This document shows positions 25,075 to 38,062 of a stretch of 64,000 nucleotides of DNA, in pieces. The stretch is taken from the NCBI RefSeq assembly GCF_006345805.1, contig NC_043003.1:49104001-49168000 (forward strand). Direction: 5' to 3'. The translations under genes were made by a program, and so were the position numbers. Numbering within the stretch: position 1 is the stretch's first letter; each line of letters starts with the position of its first letter. Under the pieces are notes generated by a model. That model was given only the letters and a program-made list of their open reading frames with translations, searched no databases and was not told where the DNA came from. The DNA comes from Octopus sinensis (taxonomy: Eukaryota).

Positions 25075-25616
25075 AGCCTTGCCAACTAATTAGAATATAG
25101 TTAGCTGTGGAGGTCTAACAAGACCGAAACCCCACCTGTCTACCTATATTTTCAAGAAATTTCTACTTGCTGGCCATTGGCAGAATTGTCAGACCATAGG
25201 TAAAAAAGCCTTACTGTGTTCTTTTCTGTCGAGGTCAACTTTGACCTTCATCCCACCGGGGCTGATAGAATAAGATAGTATTCTTGTACTAAGAGTGATG
25301 GGCTGCGACAAACACCTCACTCCCAAATTGCAGGCCAATATAGTTTACCATATTGTGTTCTCGTTACCGAAAAGATTTTAAATTAAAAAAAAAAAAGAAA
25401 ATGAAGCCAAATTAATTACTCTGAAACATTGACTACCTGAAAAGCAAAACTTAATTTAGCGTTAACACATTTAACATCCGCGTTACGTATATTAACACTA
25501 ATTTAACTATTATCTTACATACAGATGATGAATCTGAGTAATTAAGAATGATGATGTATCTTTTAAACTATGCTAAATTTCACCCCAGGTACTTAGTGTA
25601 GCAATGTACCTTTACC

Positions 25617-25822
25617 GAGTGGTTTTTCTAATCATTACATCGACATGTAATGACATTTATATTTCGCTGAGGAGGACTCATAATACCAAAACATGTTTCA
25701 AGTGGTCTCCAGTACCCGCAGAACTGATTAAAAAAAATTGGTAATCGACTTAATGTATTTTTCTCGTCACATAATTATTTGGAATCAAAATGTCGTTGTT
25801 TACTACGTTATGTTAACACTAA
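25617..25822 (+). mobile_element. Old PLE-type terminal repeat with decayed hammerhead (copy 1)
   Basis: Homologous in inverted orientation to 26678-26895. Contains CTGAGGAGG...ACCAAAACATGTT at 25667-25697. Confidence 0.5.
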
Positions 25823-26677
25823 CCTAACTGTGGACGTATTTTAATTTAGACCTGAGTGGTTATATATTACGATTTTTTGAAAACGAATAGCAAAATAAGT
25901 CATAAAGGTAGAAGATAAAAAACAAAACGAAACACAATAATGTTTTTACAAATATCAAGATACAAAATTGGACAATAAAAAAGAGGTGACGTTCTTAACC
26001 TTAACTGTCACCAGGAAAGTGATTCATATAAAATAATTTTTAAAATATAATTATAAAATAAAAAAATGTTTAGATATTTTGTATTTGTGATAAATGGAAA
26101 TTTTGAGGAGAGAGAAGGATAGGGAAATACAGGGAGAAAGAGATAGAGAGAGGAAGAGAGAGATAGAAAGAGGGAAAAATGAGGTAGAAAGAGAGAGAGA
26201 TATAGAAAATATTAATAGACGCTATAAATTTTTCAACTGTGCGTTATGTTTTATTTTTTCCTTATATCGTTACTGTTTAACATTAGCGTGGCTGGTGATA
26301 GTTTTCCCCCGGGCCAATTATTGGTTAATTTTGTTTCTTATGCATGAATGAGTGACAAGTGTGTGTTTCTAATTCGTTGCAGAACAAATATGACTAGGGA
26401 CGTGTTTTGAAAGCACCTTCTGTTTCTTCCGCTTTTCTTGGCGAACCACACACACACACGCACACACACGCACACATGCACGCACGCGCACACATACATA
26501 CACACACACACATACGCACTCGCACAATAAGACTACGCTTTGATAAAATAATAATGCTTCTTACGTGTACAATGTATATTTATTGATTTAAATTTTGACG
26601 TTTAAAGTGGCCCAAAGGTTATTGTGTCATTTATAAATTGTAACAACACTAACTAAATTAAATAGTTCAAAATTAAA

Positions 26678-26895
26678 TTAGTGTTAACATAATTAATAAA
26701 TGAACATCGACAGTCCAATTAGAAATAATTATGCAGCGAGGAAAAGACATAAGTTAAATGATCAAAATTATTTTAATTAATCTGTTGACATATTTCACTA
26801 GAGAGAACTTCGAACATGTTTCGGTATTATCAATCCTCCTCGGCGGATCACAGACGTTACTGTACTTGCCGATGTAATGGTTGGAAAAACTACTC
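26678..26895 (-). mobile_element. Old PLE-type terminal repeat with decayed hammerhead (copy 2)
   Basis: Minus strand CCGAGGAGG...ACCGAAACATGTT at 26812-26843. Shares GAGTRGTTTTTC, CATTACATCG, CATAATTATTT and TTATGTTAACACTAA with copy 1. Confidence 0.5.
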
Positions 26896-29800
26896 AGTAG
26901 TAGTACAATATTATGCTTAAAAAGTTGGGGAAAATTAAACATGTTTTACAAAACTAAAGCTCTTTATATTCTGAGCTTAATTACTCAGAGACGCCATCTG
27001 TATGAAAGAACAATAGTTAGATTTGTGCTAACGTACGTAAAGCAGAGATTATTAGATGTTCATACTTTCTGCATTATATTTGTTATATATTTGTGTACAA
27101 CTTTTTTCCATCTTTTGTCGTTATAGTTTTATTTTGTCGTTTTTATCACTGTGCCATCGGATGCCAAAATGTTCAATTTTTTTAAACATACGGTTCATAT
27201 ATATAAACAACAAAAGAAGATATAACACATAAAAAAATCAAAAAGCAAAAACAGAAGCCAAAAAGAAATTTAAAATAAACATCTATAAAACAATGTAGAA
27301 ATAATATTGTCCATTTGTATGACCATATTTGGAATTTAGTTTTATGAAGTAAAATACATTTTAAAAGTGTTTTTAAAAACATATATGTGCAGAACTTATT
27401 TGTTATATTTTTGTCTTATCCTGTAGTTGTTGTTTAACCATGGGCTAAGTCGAAACAAGTAGATCTATAGTTGAACATTCCAATCTTGATCTCCCTGTTT
27501 AGGGGAATCTAGAACTACAGAAGCCACTGTGCTTTTCCTGTTCTCGTGACAGTATAATATTGTCACGTAGCAGGGAGATTTAGCTGCGATATCTTTCATA
27601 GAGCAGCCGCGTAAAGTGTCTCGTGTTAACTTGAAGTTGTTTTTGTTGCTTGTTTAGTTCCCTCTTCCAAATCAGGTATCATCTAACAGACTTATGATTA
27701 AAAGCATTTCAGCTGTGATCATTCTGAGATTTGCATTGCGGACCTTGGATAACACTATTCAATGTATTTTTGCAAGAAGATAATGAGTAATTTACGGGCG
27801 GTCTGGCTCCTATTCCTAGCAAATCGAGAGGCTCCCTCTATTCAGCCCCTTGCTTTTGCTAAAATATATTTGCAAATTAATTATTTGAAGTGCCGTATAA
27901 ATGAAGCGATATTATTGTCTACAAATCCTTGAAATGCAAAATACTAGAATACATAGGATTTCAAAGCGACTGTTACAATATTTATCATCTGTCTTAATTT
28001 CAAAATAGTGCTCCATATTAATCCAAGAACTATTAGACCACCGAATGTCAGGAAAGTTCTGAAAGCAATACACAAGGAAATATATCAGTGAATTATTACA
28101 ATCTTTCCTGGATATACCATCGGCACAATATTTTCCATCTTGGAACATATGGTTTTTGTACAGAAAAACAAATGATTGCTCCTAAATATCTATTGAGAGA
28201 CTCAAGATAAACATCGAAAAAGCAAGAGTTATGAGTTCACTAATGACATGTGGTTATAAAAGGAAAACACAAGTTCTCTGTTGCCCAAAGAAATAGAATG
28301 TATATGTTCTGGAATAAACCTCACCTCGCAGTAAATCATTTTATGACAAAACTATTTCGTTAACAAGCAATGTTTGTTGAACCCCAGAAAAGAGTTGATG
28401 ATTGTAATTTTATTCACAAACGTGAGAACAATACATAAGTAGCAATACACAAATATATTCCGCGAAAATAAACGCCTACAGTACTTGTGTCAATAGAACA
28501 GACTGACAACTATTATATTGTTTCGCAGTAAGGCTGACCTGCACCTTGCCAAGAGAAAATATAAAAGCAGCCACGATAATAAAATATATTATGATTTTGC
28601 ATAGCGTGGCTTTTACCTCTACCTTCCTTAAACAACATATATACGACTACAGCAAACACACGTACTAGTGGCCCTATACGATCCGGACATCATCACACTA
28701 TGTCAGTATATCACGAGCTAGGATAATGAAAAATATCAGCTGAAAATAACAATTGAAATGAATTCTTAATTAGATTTCTATTTTCAAGAAAAGACTATAC
28801 CATTTTTAAAACTCCCGAAACAAAATTATATTTGACCAGTATTGACCCGAGGTTTACTGAGTTGATTTTAACAGTGATCAGCAATATAGAATGTGACTAT
28901 TTACAACAGAGTAATGAGCCATCAATTTGTTCACTACAATCTGGTTTCAAATCCTACCAGTGTCAAATTTACATTTCATCTTTCTGGCATGCATAACATA
29001 AAGTGAGAAACTTTGGGGATGGCAATCTTAGTGGATCAAACAATTCTCTTTACAGCTCTCAAGCTTTCGCACATGTTATAACTCAATATTATTACTAGAA
29101 TGTGACCAATGGGATGGATGAGTAAGGAGAAAGTCGGAGAAAATTCTTGCGATATTTAGTTAAAACATAGCTTCACACTCAACACGAATGAAAGTGGTTG
29201 CTTCGTATTTTCCCAATCCTTATAAAATATCGATTTGTTGATCTTATTATTTAGAACGAGTTAATCTCTGATCGAGTTAACCTCTGATCAAGTTCAAATG
29301 CTTTCAGCTGTGACTTTTTTTCTTTTAAGGGAGTGGACTATATTATTCTACGAACAATCCGTTTTTTTCTTTCAATCTTTAGCAGTTCAATACACAACAT
29401 AGACGATATCTAGTTGATACCAAAATATTTACTTTCAAATAAATAGATAAAAAAATTAAATATTTTTCTACATGGTGAAAATGAAACATGTTAATATATA
29501 TTAGTCTGCTTTATTTAAATTTAATTTGATTTTGTAGTAAGTAAAGAAATTATAATTAATCAAAAATCTCACCGTTATTCATGAAAGCAAGGGAGGGAAA
29601 GCAAATATAAAATGTTCATTAATTAAAATTAGATATTGAACAGACTGAGGGATAAGTCTGACATTCCATAGTATGGTAACAACTCCGGATATATTTCCAA
29701 CTCATTGGATCTCATCTTCGAAACGTAGTCTTGCTGTTACTATAGATTTCAGATGATTAGAAAGATATGCATAATTTTAGTCAACGAACAATGAGGAGGA

Positions 29801-29927
29801 GTTATAAAAAATAATAGAGTCTGGAAAAATATATAAGGAAGCCTACTGCATGAAAATTAAATATTGTTAAAGATGGTTGTAAACTCTTAAAGTCTCTCTC
29901 TCGCTCTCTCTCTCTCTCTATCCTCCT

Positions 29928-29960
<33 letters not shown>

Positions 29961-30056
29961 TATATATAGTGAGAATTTATAAAAAAAAACAAAAGACGAA
30001 GACCGGTGTGTAAACAACAAACAGATGTATTAGTTTAGCTCGTGAAGTGAGAAAGT

Positions 30057-30092
30057 CTTTTACGTTTCGAGCCTACGCTCTTCGACAGAAAG
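30057..30092 (-). ncRNA. Minimal type I hammerhead-like motif with variant core CUGUCGA
   Basis: CUUU-CUGUCGA-A-GAGC(GUAG)GCUC-GAAA-C-GUA-AAAG: 4-bp stem I, 4-bp stem II, palindromic ACGU stem III. Confidence 0.65.
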
Positions 30093-31072
30093 GAACTCAG
30101 AAATAAACAAGGAGAGAAGATAGAAAAGGTTTATTTGCTAGCAATCTATCATGGCGAATGCCGGACAGAGGGATCACACAGAAGAACTAGGAAGAAGGGG
30201 AGATAATAAAGTAGTGGAGAGCCCAAAACGATGGTGCGCGTGCGTAAGAATGTGCGTGTGGAAGGGGGCTGCTGATCTTGACGCGTGCATGTGTAGGTGT
30301 GTGGCTGATGGTGTGAGTGCTGAGAAGTGGTCAGTGGTATTGTGTGCGCTGGTGTGGGTGCTAGGAAGTGGTCACTGCTAGTGTGTGCGGGGTGGTGTGA
30401 TGCGGTGTAGTGTGGTGTGGTATGGTGGGGTGGTGTTGGGGTGTGGGGGAAGCGAGAGTGGGGGAAGCAAGGGTGCGGTGTAAGGGATGAGGTGGGAGTG
30501 GGGTGGGTCTGCATGTTGCGGTTGTAAGGTGGATGGCGGCTTAGGATGGGTTGACGATGAAGGGAGGAGGTGGAAGGGGAGAAGGGTAGGAGTGAAGAGG
30601 TGAATAGGTGTCAGAGTTTAAGAGTGGAGAGGTGGGTGGGAGGAAGTAGGTGTGCGAGGAAGAGGGGAGAGGAGGAAGGGTTTAGAGTGAAGATGGGAGA
30701 ATTGAACACATGTGACGCAAAGGTGCAAAGAGAGTAGATTAATCCCTGTTCACGGTGAAGACGGGCGTCCGGATGGCCCCTTAACAAGGACAATCTTAAA
30801 TAGAGCAGGTGTTGTAAAGAATGAACGGGTAGAGCGGAAATAGCGCGAGACCGGGGTGTCGTTGCTGAGTCTGATGTCTCGGAGGTATCCGCGAACCGGT
30901 CAGCTATGTATATATGTATATATATATTATCTATATATCTATATATATCTATATATTATATCTATGTTATATATGATATATATATATATATGTATATAAT
31001 ATATATATGATCATATATATATATATATATTATCTATATGTGTGTGGTGTGTATCTGTTTATCCTCGTGTTC

Positions 31073-31110
31073 CTTTCTGTTGGAAGAGTGTAGGCTCGAA
31101 ACGTTAAAAG
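31073..31110 (+). ncRNA. Decayed copy of the same hammerhead-like motif
   Basis: CUUU-CUGUUGGAA-GAGU(GUAG)GCUC-GAAACGUUAAAAG. Confidence 0.5.
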
Positions 31111-31211
31111 ACTTTCTCACTTATCCGAGTGTCAAACTATGACAACCGCTTGTTGTTTATAGACCTGTCTTCATCTTTTGTTTTTCTGTAAATTTCAATT
31201 ACACACAATCG

Positions 31212-31270
<59 letters not shown>

Positions 31271-31285
31271 CACACACACAGCATG

Positions 31286-32434
31286 TATCAGGTTGAGTAA
31301 AAAGTAAGCAACGTTTTGAACCACGAAGAATTTGAACCGGATGTTTGCAGGATTTGGGATGTTTTAAACATTTTTTGCAATTGTCTGATAATACATAGAC
31401 TTGCCCAAATGCATCAATAAATTAACATTGATATTTTTTTTCACTTTGTTACAATCATCTGACTGGAACTGTCAAAGCGCGATATTCGAGCAATTTTGCT
31501 ATTCAACTTCAAAAAAGTGACGTAAGCAGCTGAAACTGCTCGCGATATCAGCGAAACGGTTGAACTGGTTTAAAAGATCAAGAGAGTAGTAGACGCCCAT
31601 CTGTCATCGATTACGGTCAATTAAAGACCGTCATTCAGAAAGATCCACGTAAAACCACTCGCGAACTGGCAAAAGAACTTCAAGTTAGCCAGAAAACTGC
31701 CTGTAACCATTAGCATGCGATCGGAAAATCAAAAAAGATCGACAAATGGGTACCACACGATTTGAATGAAAATCAGAAAATGCCCAGATATGAAATTTGC
31801 TCGTCGCTTCTTCTCCGTAACCAGACCGATCCATTTCTCGATCGCACAGTAACTTGCGATGGAGGTGGATTCTGTACAATAATAAAAAAACGTTATTTGC
31901 AGTGGTTGGACCAAAATGAAACACTGAAAACCTTCCCAAAACCCGAGCTCTTCAAAAGGAAGGTTATGGTAACTGTTTGGTAGTGTACTGCGGGACTCAT
32001 CCATTATAACTTCTTCAACCCGTTTACTGTAATATGATTACTACAGAAACATATTGCTATGAAATTGTATAATGAACTAGAAACTGCTACTCTTCTGTCC
32101 CAGACTGGTCAACAGAAGAGGGTCAATCATTCTTCATGACATTGATCGACCACACGTTTCACTAATGGTGCTCTGGAAGTTGAGGGAATTTGGCTACGAA
32201 GTTCTTCCTCACCAAATTTATTCCCCAGATCTTTCTCCTATCGACTACCACTTCTTCAAGCCCCTTGATGGTTTCCTGTGGGAGAAGGATTTAAAAAATC
32301 AAACCGATGCTGAATATGCGTGCAAAGAGTTCATCAGATCCAGAATTCCAGATTTTTATGTTACCGAAACAAACAAACTTGTAACTCGTTGGCAAAAGTG
32401 TGTTGATTGTAACGGTACTTACTTTGTTGAATAA
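31286..32434 (+). mobile_element. mariner element, internally deleted, right TIR not seen
   Basis: Left end TATCAGGTTGAGTAAAAAGTAAGCAACG. Motifs WVPHDLNENQK, FLDRTVTCDG and HQIYSPDLSPIDYHFF (D34D-type), ending RWQKCVDCNGTYFVE*. Confidence 0.88.
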
Positions 32435-32635
32435 AGGCCAAGAAAAAACAAGAACGGGTCATTCAGAGCTTGCTATCAGTCGAGTTCCAGATCGTCGACT
32501 GCTCCAATCCAGACGGCCCTAAGAAAATCTAAGCTACGAGCACCAAACTCCTTGGAAGAAAGCAAGCGAATGAATACGAAAAAAGGACGAAAAACGGAGA
32601 CATGGTACACAATTACGTAGATAGTTACGTATATG

Positions 32636-32680
<45 letters not shown>

Positions 32681-32686
32681 TATATA

Positions 32687-34298
32687 CAGTTGCGGCCAAA
32701 ATGTGCAGAACGGCATTGTTTTCGTCAGAAAAGTAAGTATAAGTTTTTATCAAAGTAGTTTATATTTCTATAGTTTTCACAGAGAATAAATGCAATATTA
32801 ATTGTTATTGTCTGAGATTTTTGGTGTAATTTGAGAGAATAATACAAAAGTTATGGATGATTTAGTGATTACTGCACAAACCCGTGGCGGCCAAAATGAT
32901 CAGAACGGTTGAAAAAATAACAAAATAATCAAAAATGACAGAGAATACTGTATTTTAACATTTAGTGTGAACCTTTAGCTTCATCACACTCTGACATCTT
33001 CGACGCATGAGGAAATTAAATTTTCAATTTCTTGCTGGGGATCTTATTCCATTCTTCCTGAAGGACATTCCATAATTGCTCAGTTGTTTTAGGATTTCTG
33101 GCTTTCGAAAGTTCTCCTAGATATTCCATACATTTTCAATAGGATTGAGATCTGGGCTTGAGCAGGCCAATCCATAACAATAACCTTTTCAGCCTTGAGG
33201 AAGTTCATGACCACCTTAGCCTTGTGACATGGGGTATTGTCCTGCATGAATATGGGTGGTCGCTTAGTTGAATTTCTCAGCACAGGCAAGATATGATCTT
33301 TTACAAGTGTTTATAAAACTCTGCATTTACCTTTCCATGTAATCGCACCAAAGGGCCCACACATCTCCAGATATCACCCCAAATCATGACACTTCCTCCA
33401 CCGAATTTAACACTAGTTTTAAGGCATTTAGGCGACAATTTTTCACCTACTTTTCTACGAAAGTACATTTTCCCATCTGAGCCAAATAACATAAACTTAG
33501 ATTCATCACTGAAATGCACCGTCTGCTATTTTTCTTGAGACCACAACACATGTTCGGTTGCAAAGGTGAGACGACACTTTTTATTTTGGAGCTGATCATG
33601 TGCTTCACTGCAGGTGCTCTTGCTTGTAGGTCATGTTCAACTAAACGACGAGACACAGTTTTTCGAGATAAAGTTTACTTCAATACAATGCTCATTTCCG
33701 AGAGAAAACAGCAGCCCCAGTTCTAAATCTGTCCTTTTTAACCAACTTTACCATAGCACGATCTTCTCTCTTGGTCGTTTTTCTTGGCCTACCTGTAAAA
33801 CTTTCTTGCTTCACACGAACCACAATCATCGTAGACCTTAAGAATACCGTGTACAACACTTTTTGACTTTGTAACAATCTTTGCAATAGATTCCATACTT
33901 AAATTACCCTTCCTTCGAAGCTTAATAATCTGCTGACGAATTGGTAACGGAGTAAGTGGCATTATATTAACAAAGTACTCTGCAGATTCTTACTAATGTT
34001 TAGTAAAGGAACCGTCACGTAACAAATTCAAAACATTAGAGTTCGCGGTTAAATATACTAAAACACGGAGTAAAAGCACCGTTCTGATCATTTTGGCCGC
34101 CATGGGTTTTGCGGTAAATCACTAAATCAGCCATAACTTTGTATTATCCTCTCAAATTACACCAAATTCTCAGGCAATAACAAATGATATCGTATAATTG
34201 TCTGTGAAAATTACAGAATATAAAACAACTTTGATAAAAAATTATATCTACTTTTCTGACGAAAACAATACCGTTCTTAACAATTTTGGCCGCCACTG
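32687..34298 (-). mobile_element. Full-length Tc1-family transposon with long IR/DR-type TIRs, TA TSD, dead transposase
   Basis: TA|CAGTTGCGGCCAAAA...TTTTGGCCGCCACTG|TA ends, ~220-bp TIRs each holding two GCGGCCAAAAT..AGAACGG direct repeats. Frameshifted TGRPRKTTKREDR, FSDESKF, FMQDNTPCHKA, DWPAQ. Confidence 0.92.
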
Positions 34299-34436
34299 TA
34301 TATATCATATATATATATATAATATTATATATATATATTATATACACATAGGTAAATAGATATATAGTTTGATAGATAAATAGACATACGGATTTCTATG
34401 CTCTAAACAAATGTTCCTCCTATTCCTTCACACACA

Positions 34437-34486
<50 letters not shown>

Positions 34487-34869
34487 GGAAAAAAACAACA
34501 ACAAAAAAAAACGCATTTGTTCAGAAGATAGAAACGCATAAGAAAATAGTCGTGCCAGTACTAATAGTAGTATAATGTTCATTTACATCACACATGATAA
34601 TATTTGGATTTATAAAACATGTTTTACGGTTTTACAGCCGATGAATTGCCTTAGCAGTATATGCACCTATTAGATAAATAGGAATATATAAGAAGTGCGA
34701 AAAAGAACTGGCAAACTTTCAGAAGTCCGTAATATTGTAAGAAGGGAGCTATAAATTCGATTCAAGTTGTCAGGGTTTCGGCATTAAGAACTCGCATCCA
34801 TTGTTATAGCTTCAAATATTCTCTGATATACATTAAGCCCATAACCTTCTTTGGATTATCTCCAGTTGC

Positions 34870-35370
34870 TATTTGGAATACGTATGTATGTATGTATGTA
34901 TGTATGTATGTATGTATGTATGTATGTATGTATGTATGTATGTATGTATGTATGTATGTATGTATGTATGTATGTCATGCATGTATGTGTATGTATGTAT
35001 GTATGTATGTATGTATGTATGTATGTATGTATGTATGCATGTATGCATTCATGTATGGCATGTATGTATGTATGTATGTATGTGTATGTATGTTGTGTAT
35101 GTATTATGTGTATGAATGTATGTATGTGTATACCTGTGTGTATGTGTATATATATGTATACACACATATTGTATAAACATACTATCTTATGTTACATATA
35201 TATTACATTTTATATTGTATGTATGTTGCATATGATTATACACACACACTTACACACACACATATATATTATATAATATAAATATGCTTATATAATATAT
35301 ATTATATCTATATAGGCGTAAACATAGATATATATATAGATATGCCTGTGTCTCTGTGCGTATACATGTA

Positions 35371-35402
<32 letters not shown>

Positions 35403-35844
35403 TGGATAAGGAGGGCGAGAGAGACACTGAAGATATATTCTGCTGTAATAGTTCGTCTATTATGGCATTATATAAAAAAATCCATGCTTTGTCTATGTTT
35501 ATAACGTTGATGATATCTATATTTTAAGCATTCCTACTAGAATATTCGAAAAACATTCCAAGATCTATTGAAGACCAGTTCTTTGAGAATATCAATTGAC
35601 ATGGTAGGCATCAATATTCGACAAACATAAACTTCTCCCTCTAAGTAATGGATACAGGTACACACTCATATGAGAATATGCTTTCGCATTAATATACAAG
35701 TGTTTGTGCGCTAATGTGTGTGTGTGTGTGTGTGTGTGTACGTGTGTCGTGTGTATATATACATATATACATCTATATATCAATCAATCTAAATACATAG
35801 ATATATATATGTATATACATATATACATACATACATATACATAA

Positions 35845-35901
<57 letters not shown>

Positions 35902-35923
35902 CACATAAATACAAGCATATATC

Positions 35924-35955
<32 letters not shown>

Positions 35956-36322
35956 CATAAATACAAACATATATCCACACACACATATATATACATGCAT
36001 ATATATATATATATATTATATATATATATACACTTATATATGTATATATACACATTACAATTCTTTTTTTAAGCATTTATATCCATCAAACAATATCGTT
36101 TTATGAAAGCTATACTACACATACATATGCATACATACACGCTTACATACATACATACTTACATACAAACATACATACAGTTGTACACACACACACATAT
36201 ATGTATATATACATATACATACATACAGACAGATATATATGTATGTATGTATGTATGTGTGTGTGTTTGTGTTTACATCATAGTGTACATACACACATAC
36301 ATATATACATACAGAGAGACAG

Positions 36323-36356
<34 letters not shown>

Positions 36357-36420
36357 CATACATATTCATATGTATGTATGTATGTATATATGTGTATCTG
36401 TGTGTGCATGTGTGTGCGTT
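34870..36420. repeat. Compound (TATG)/(TA)/(CA) microsatellite region
   Basis: Directly visible. Confidence 0.9.
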
Positions 36421-36741
36421 TATGTCATAGTGTACAATGAGCTGACGGCAACCCAAACCTAATTTGATATACGATACACATTTACAAAAAATGAAAAACA
36501 AACAAAAAACACGAAAAAGGCAAAAAAAAAACAAAACAAAAAAACAACAACAAAAGCACCACCAAAACCAACGCAACCAAACAAAAACCCTGAACTTGAA
36601 AGTAAAAAGAAAGCAAAAATTAAAAGAAACAAAAACAATGTAAAGCAAATCCAGCAAATAAGTCACCCCACCCCGAAAGAAAAACGCATACCCACAAATG
36701 AATTGATTACTAAGCGATACAATGAAGTTACGTTTATAATA

Positions 36742-36945
36742 TTGGTTTCAAAGTTTGGCACAAGGCCAGCAATTTCGTGAGTGTGTGTAAGTTGATTACA
36801 TCGAGCCCAGTACTCAACTAGTACTTATTTTATCGCTCATCGAAAGGATGAAAGGCAAAGTTGCCCTCGACTGAATTTGAACTCAGAATGTAAAAACGGA
36901 TGAAATGCCACTAAGCTAACGATTCTGCTAGTTTGCTGCCCTAGT
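36742..36945 (-). mobile_element. Degenerate SINE family B
   Basis: TTGGTTTCAAAGTTTGGCACAAGGCCAGC tail plus central block and B-box. Confidence 0.72.
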
Positions 36946-37009
36946 TACCCTAATGATGTGCTCCAGTGTAACCGCAGCCGCATGGCCGAAACGAATAAAA
37001 GAGTAAAGC

Positions 37010-37135
37010 TATTCAAAATCCACCGAGGTCGGCTTCGCCTTTCATTTTTTTCATACTAGCTGAGTGCTGGTGGGGGTCGATGTAATCGACTTACTCCAAC
37101 CCGTGAAATTGCTGGCCTCGTGCTAAAATATGAAA
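37010..37135 (+). mobile_element. Degenerate SINE family B fragment
   Basis: GAGGTCGGCTTCGCCTTTCAT...GGGGTCGATGTAATCGACTT...GCTGGCCTCGTGC. Confidence 0.62.
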
Positions 37136-37854
37136 TTTATATTAACGAAGCTAAATATTACAAGCTTATGTAAACACATGTATGAACTTGTTTACATCTG
37201 TATATACCTCTTCGTATATGAGTTTATTACGGAAGGAGTGTATGATACATATATGATTAAAGGTATGTTTCTATTTGTTTATGTTGAAACTAGCCTCTCA
37301 GGCTACAATTATCTGCGCAAATCTGCTTACTGAAGAATTAATAGAGTATCTTTATGTTTGCTGCTCCGTTGTTTATCGATTGCTATCCGTTTAAATGCCC
37401 GCAGTCTCTCTATTATTTCCTTTCAAATTCATGGGAAGAAAATAAAGAAATGTCAACTGAAAAACTGAGTTTTACTTTTAGAATATTCAATATTGCTAGT
37501 GTATTTTTATGTACTGGTGGAGTGGTAGAAACTGCTTCAAAAACTGGTCTCCTAGCTTTGCTAAATTTTGTAAGATCACTTTACATTTCAAGTTCAAATC
37601 CCATGGCGACTCTCAATTTTAATTTTCATCCTTCTTCATATGGTAAAACACATAGTTGATACGATGAAGTACATGGTTGGCGTACGATAATGTATTATTC
37701 TAATGTTTGCAAAAGCGTGAAAATTGAAGTTGGACCCTGCTGAAGGATTTAAACTTGAATTACGAAGTGATCTTGCACCCCCCCCCAAAAAAAAAACAAA
37801 GAAAGTCAACTTATTTTACGGCTGTTCTATCACGCCACAACTGTCAAAATACAT

Positions 37855-38062
37855 TGGTTTCAAATTTTGACTCAAGGCTAGCTATTTCAGGGGATAGGAT
37901 AAGTCGATTACATCGACCCCATTGATCACCTTGTACTTTATTTCATCGGTTGAAAGGCCATGTCGACCTCGGAGGCATTTGAACTCAAGACGTAAAGTGA
38001 AAAGAAATACCGCTAAGCATTTTGTCTGATGCAGTAATGACTCTGCTAGCTCGTTGCCTTAT
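37855..38062 (-). mobile_element. Degenerate SINE family B
   Basis: AAGTCGATTACATCGACCCC, GTCGACCTCGG..TTTGAACTC, AAATACCGCTAAGCATT. Confidence 0.72.

Larger units (their letters stand above)
29968..31197 (-). mobile_element. 5'-truncated Penelope-like element with inverted HHR-bearing terminal repeats
   Basis: GIY-YIG C-terminus at 30690-30905 on the minus strand (LADRFA/HLRDIRLSNDTPVSRYF, REQGLIYSLCTFASHVFNS). Repeats 29968-30112 (-) and 31056-31197 (+) are inverted copies. Confidence 0.8.

Noticed and set aside
25105-25140. CTGTGGA-GGTC(TAACAA)GACC-GAAAC hammerhead-like string
   Set aside because: Variant core, and stem I does not pair in register with a valid NUH site.
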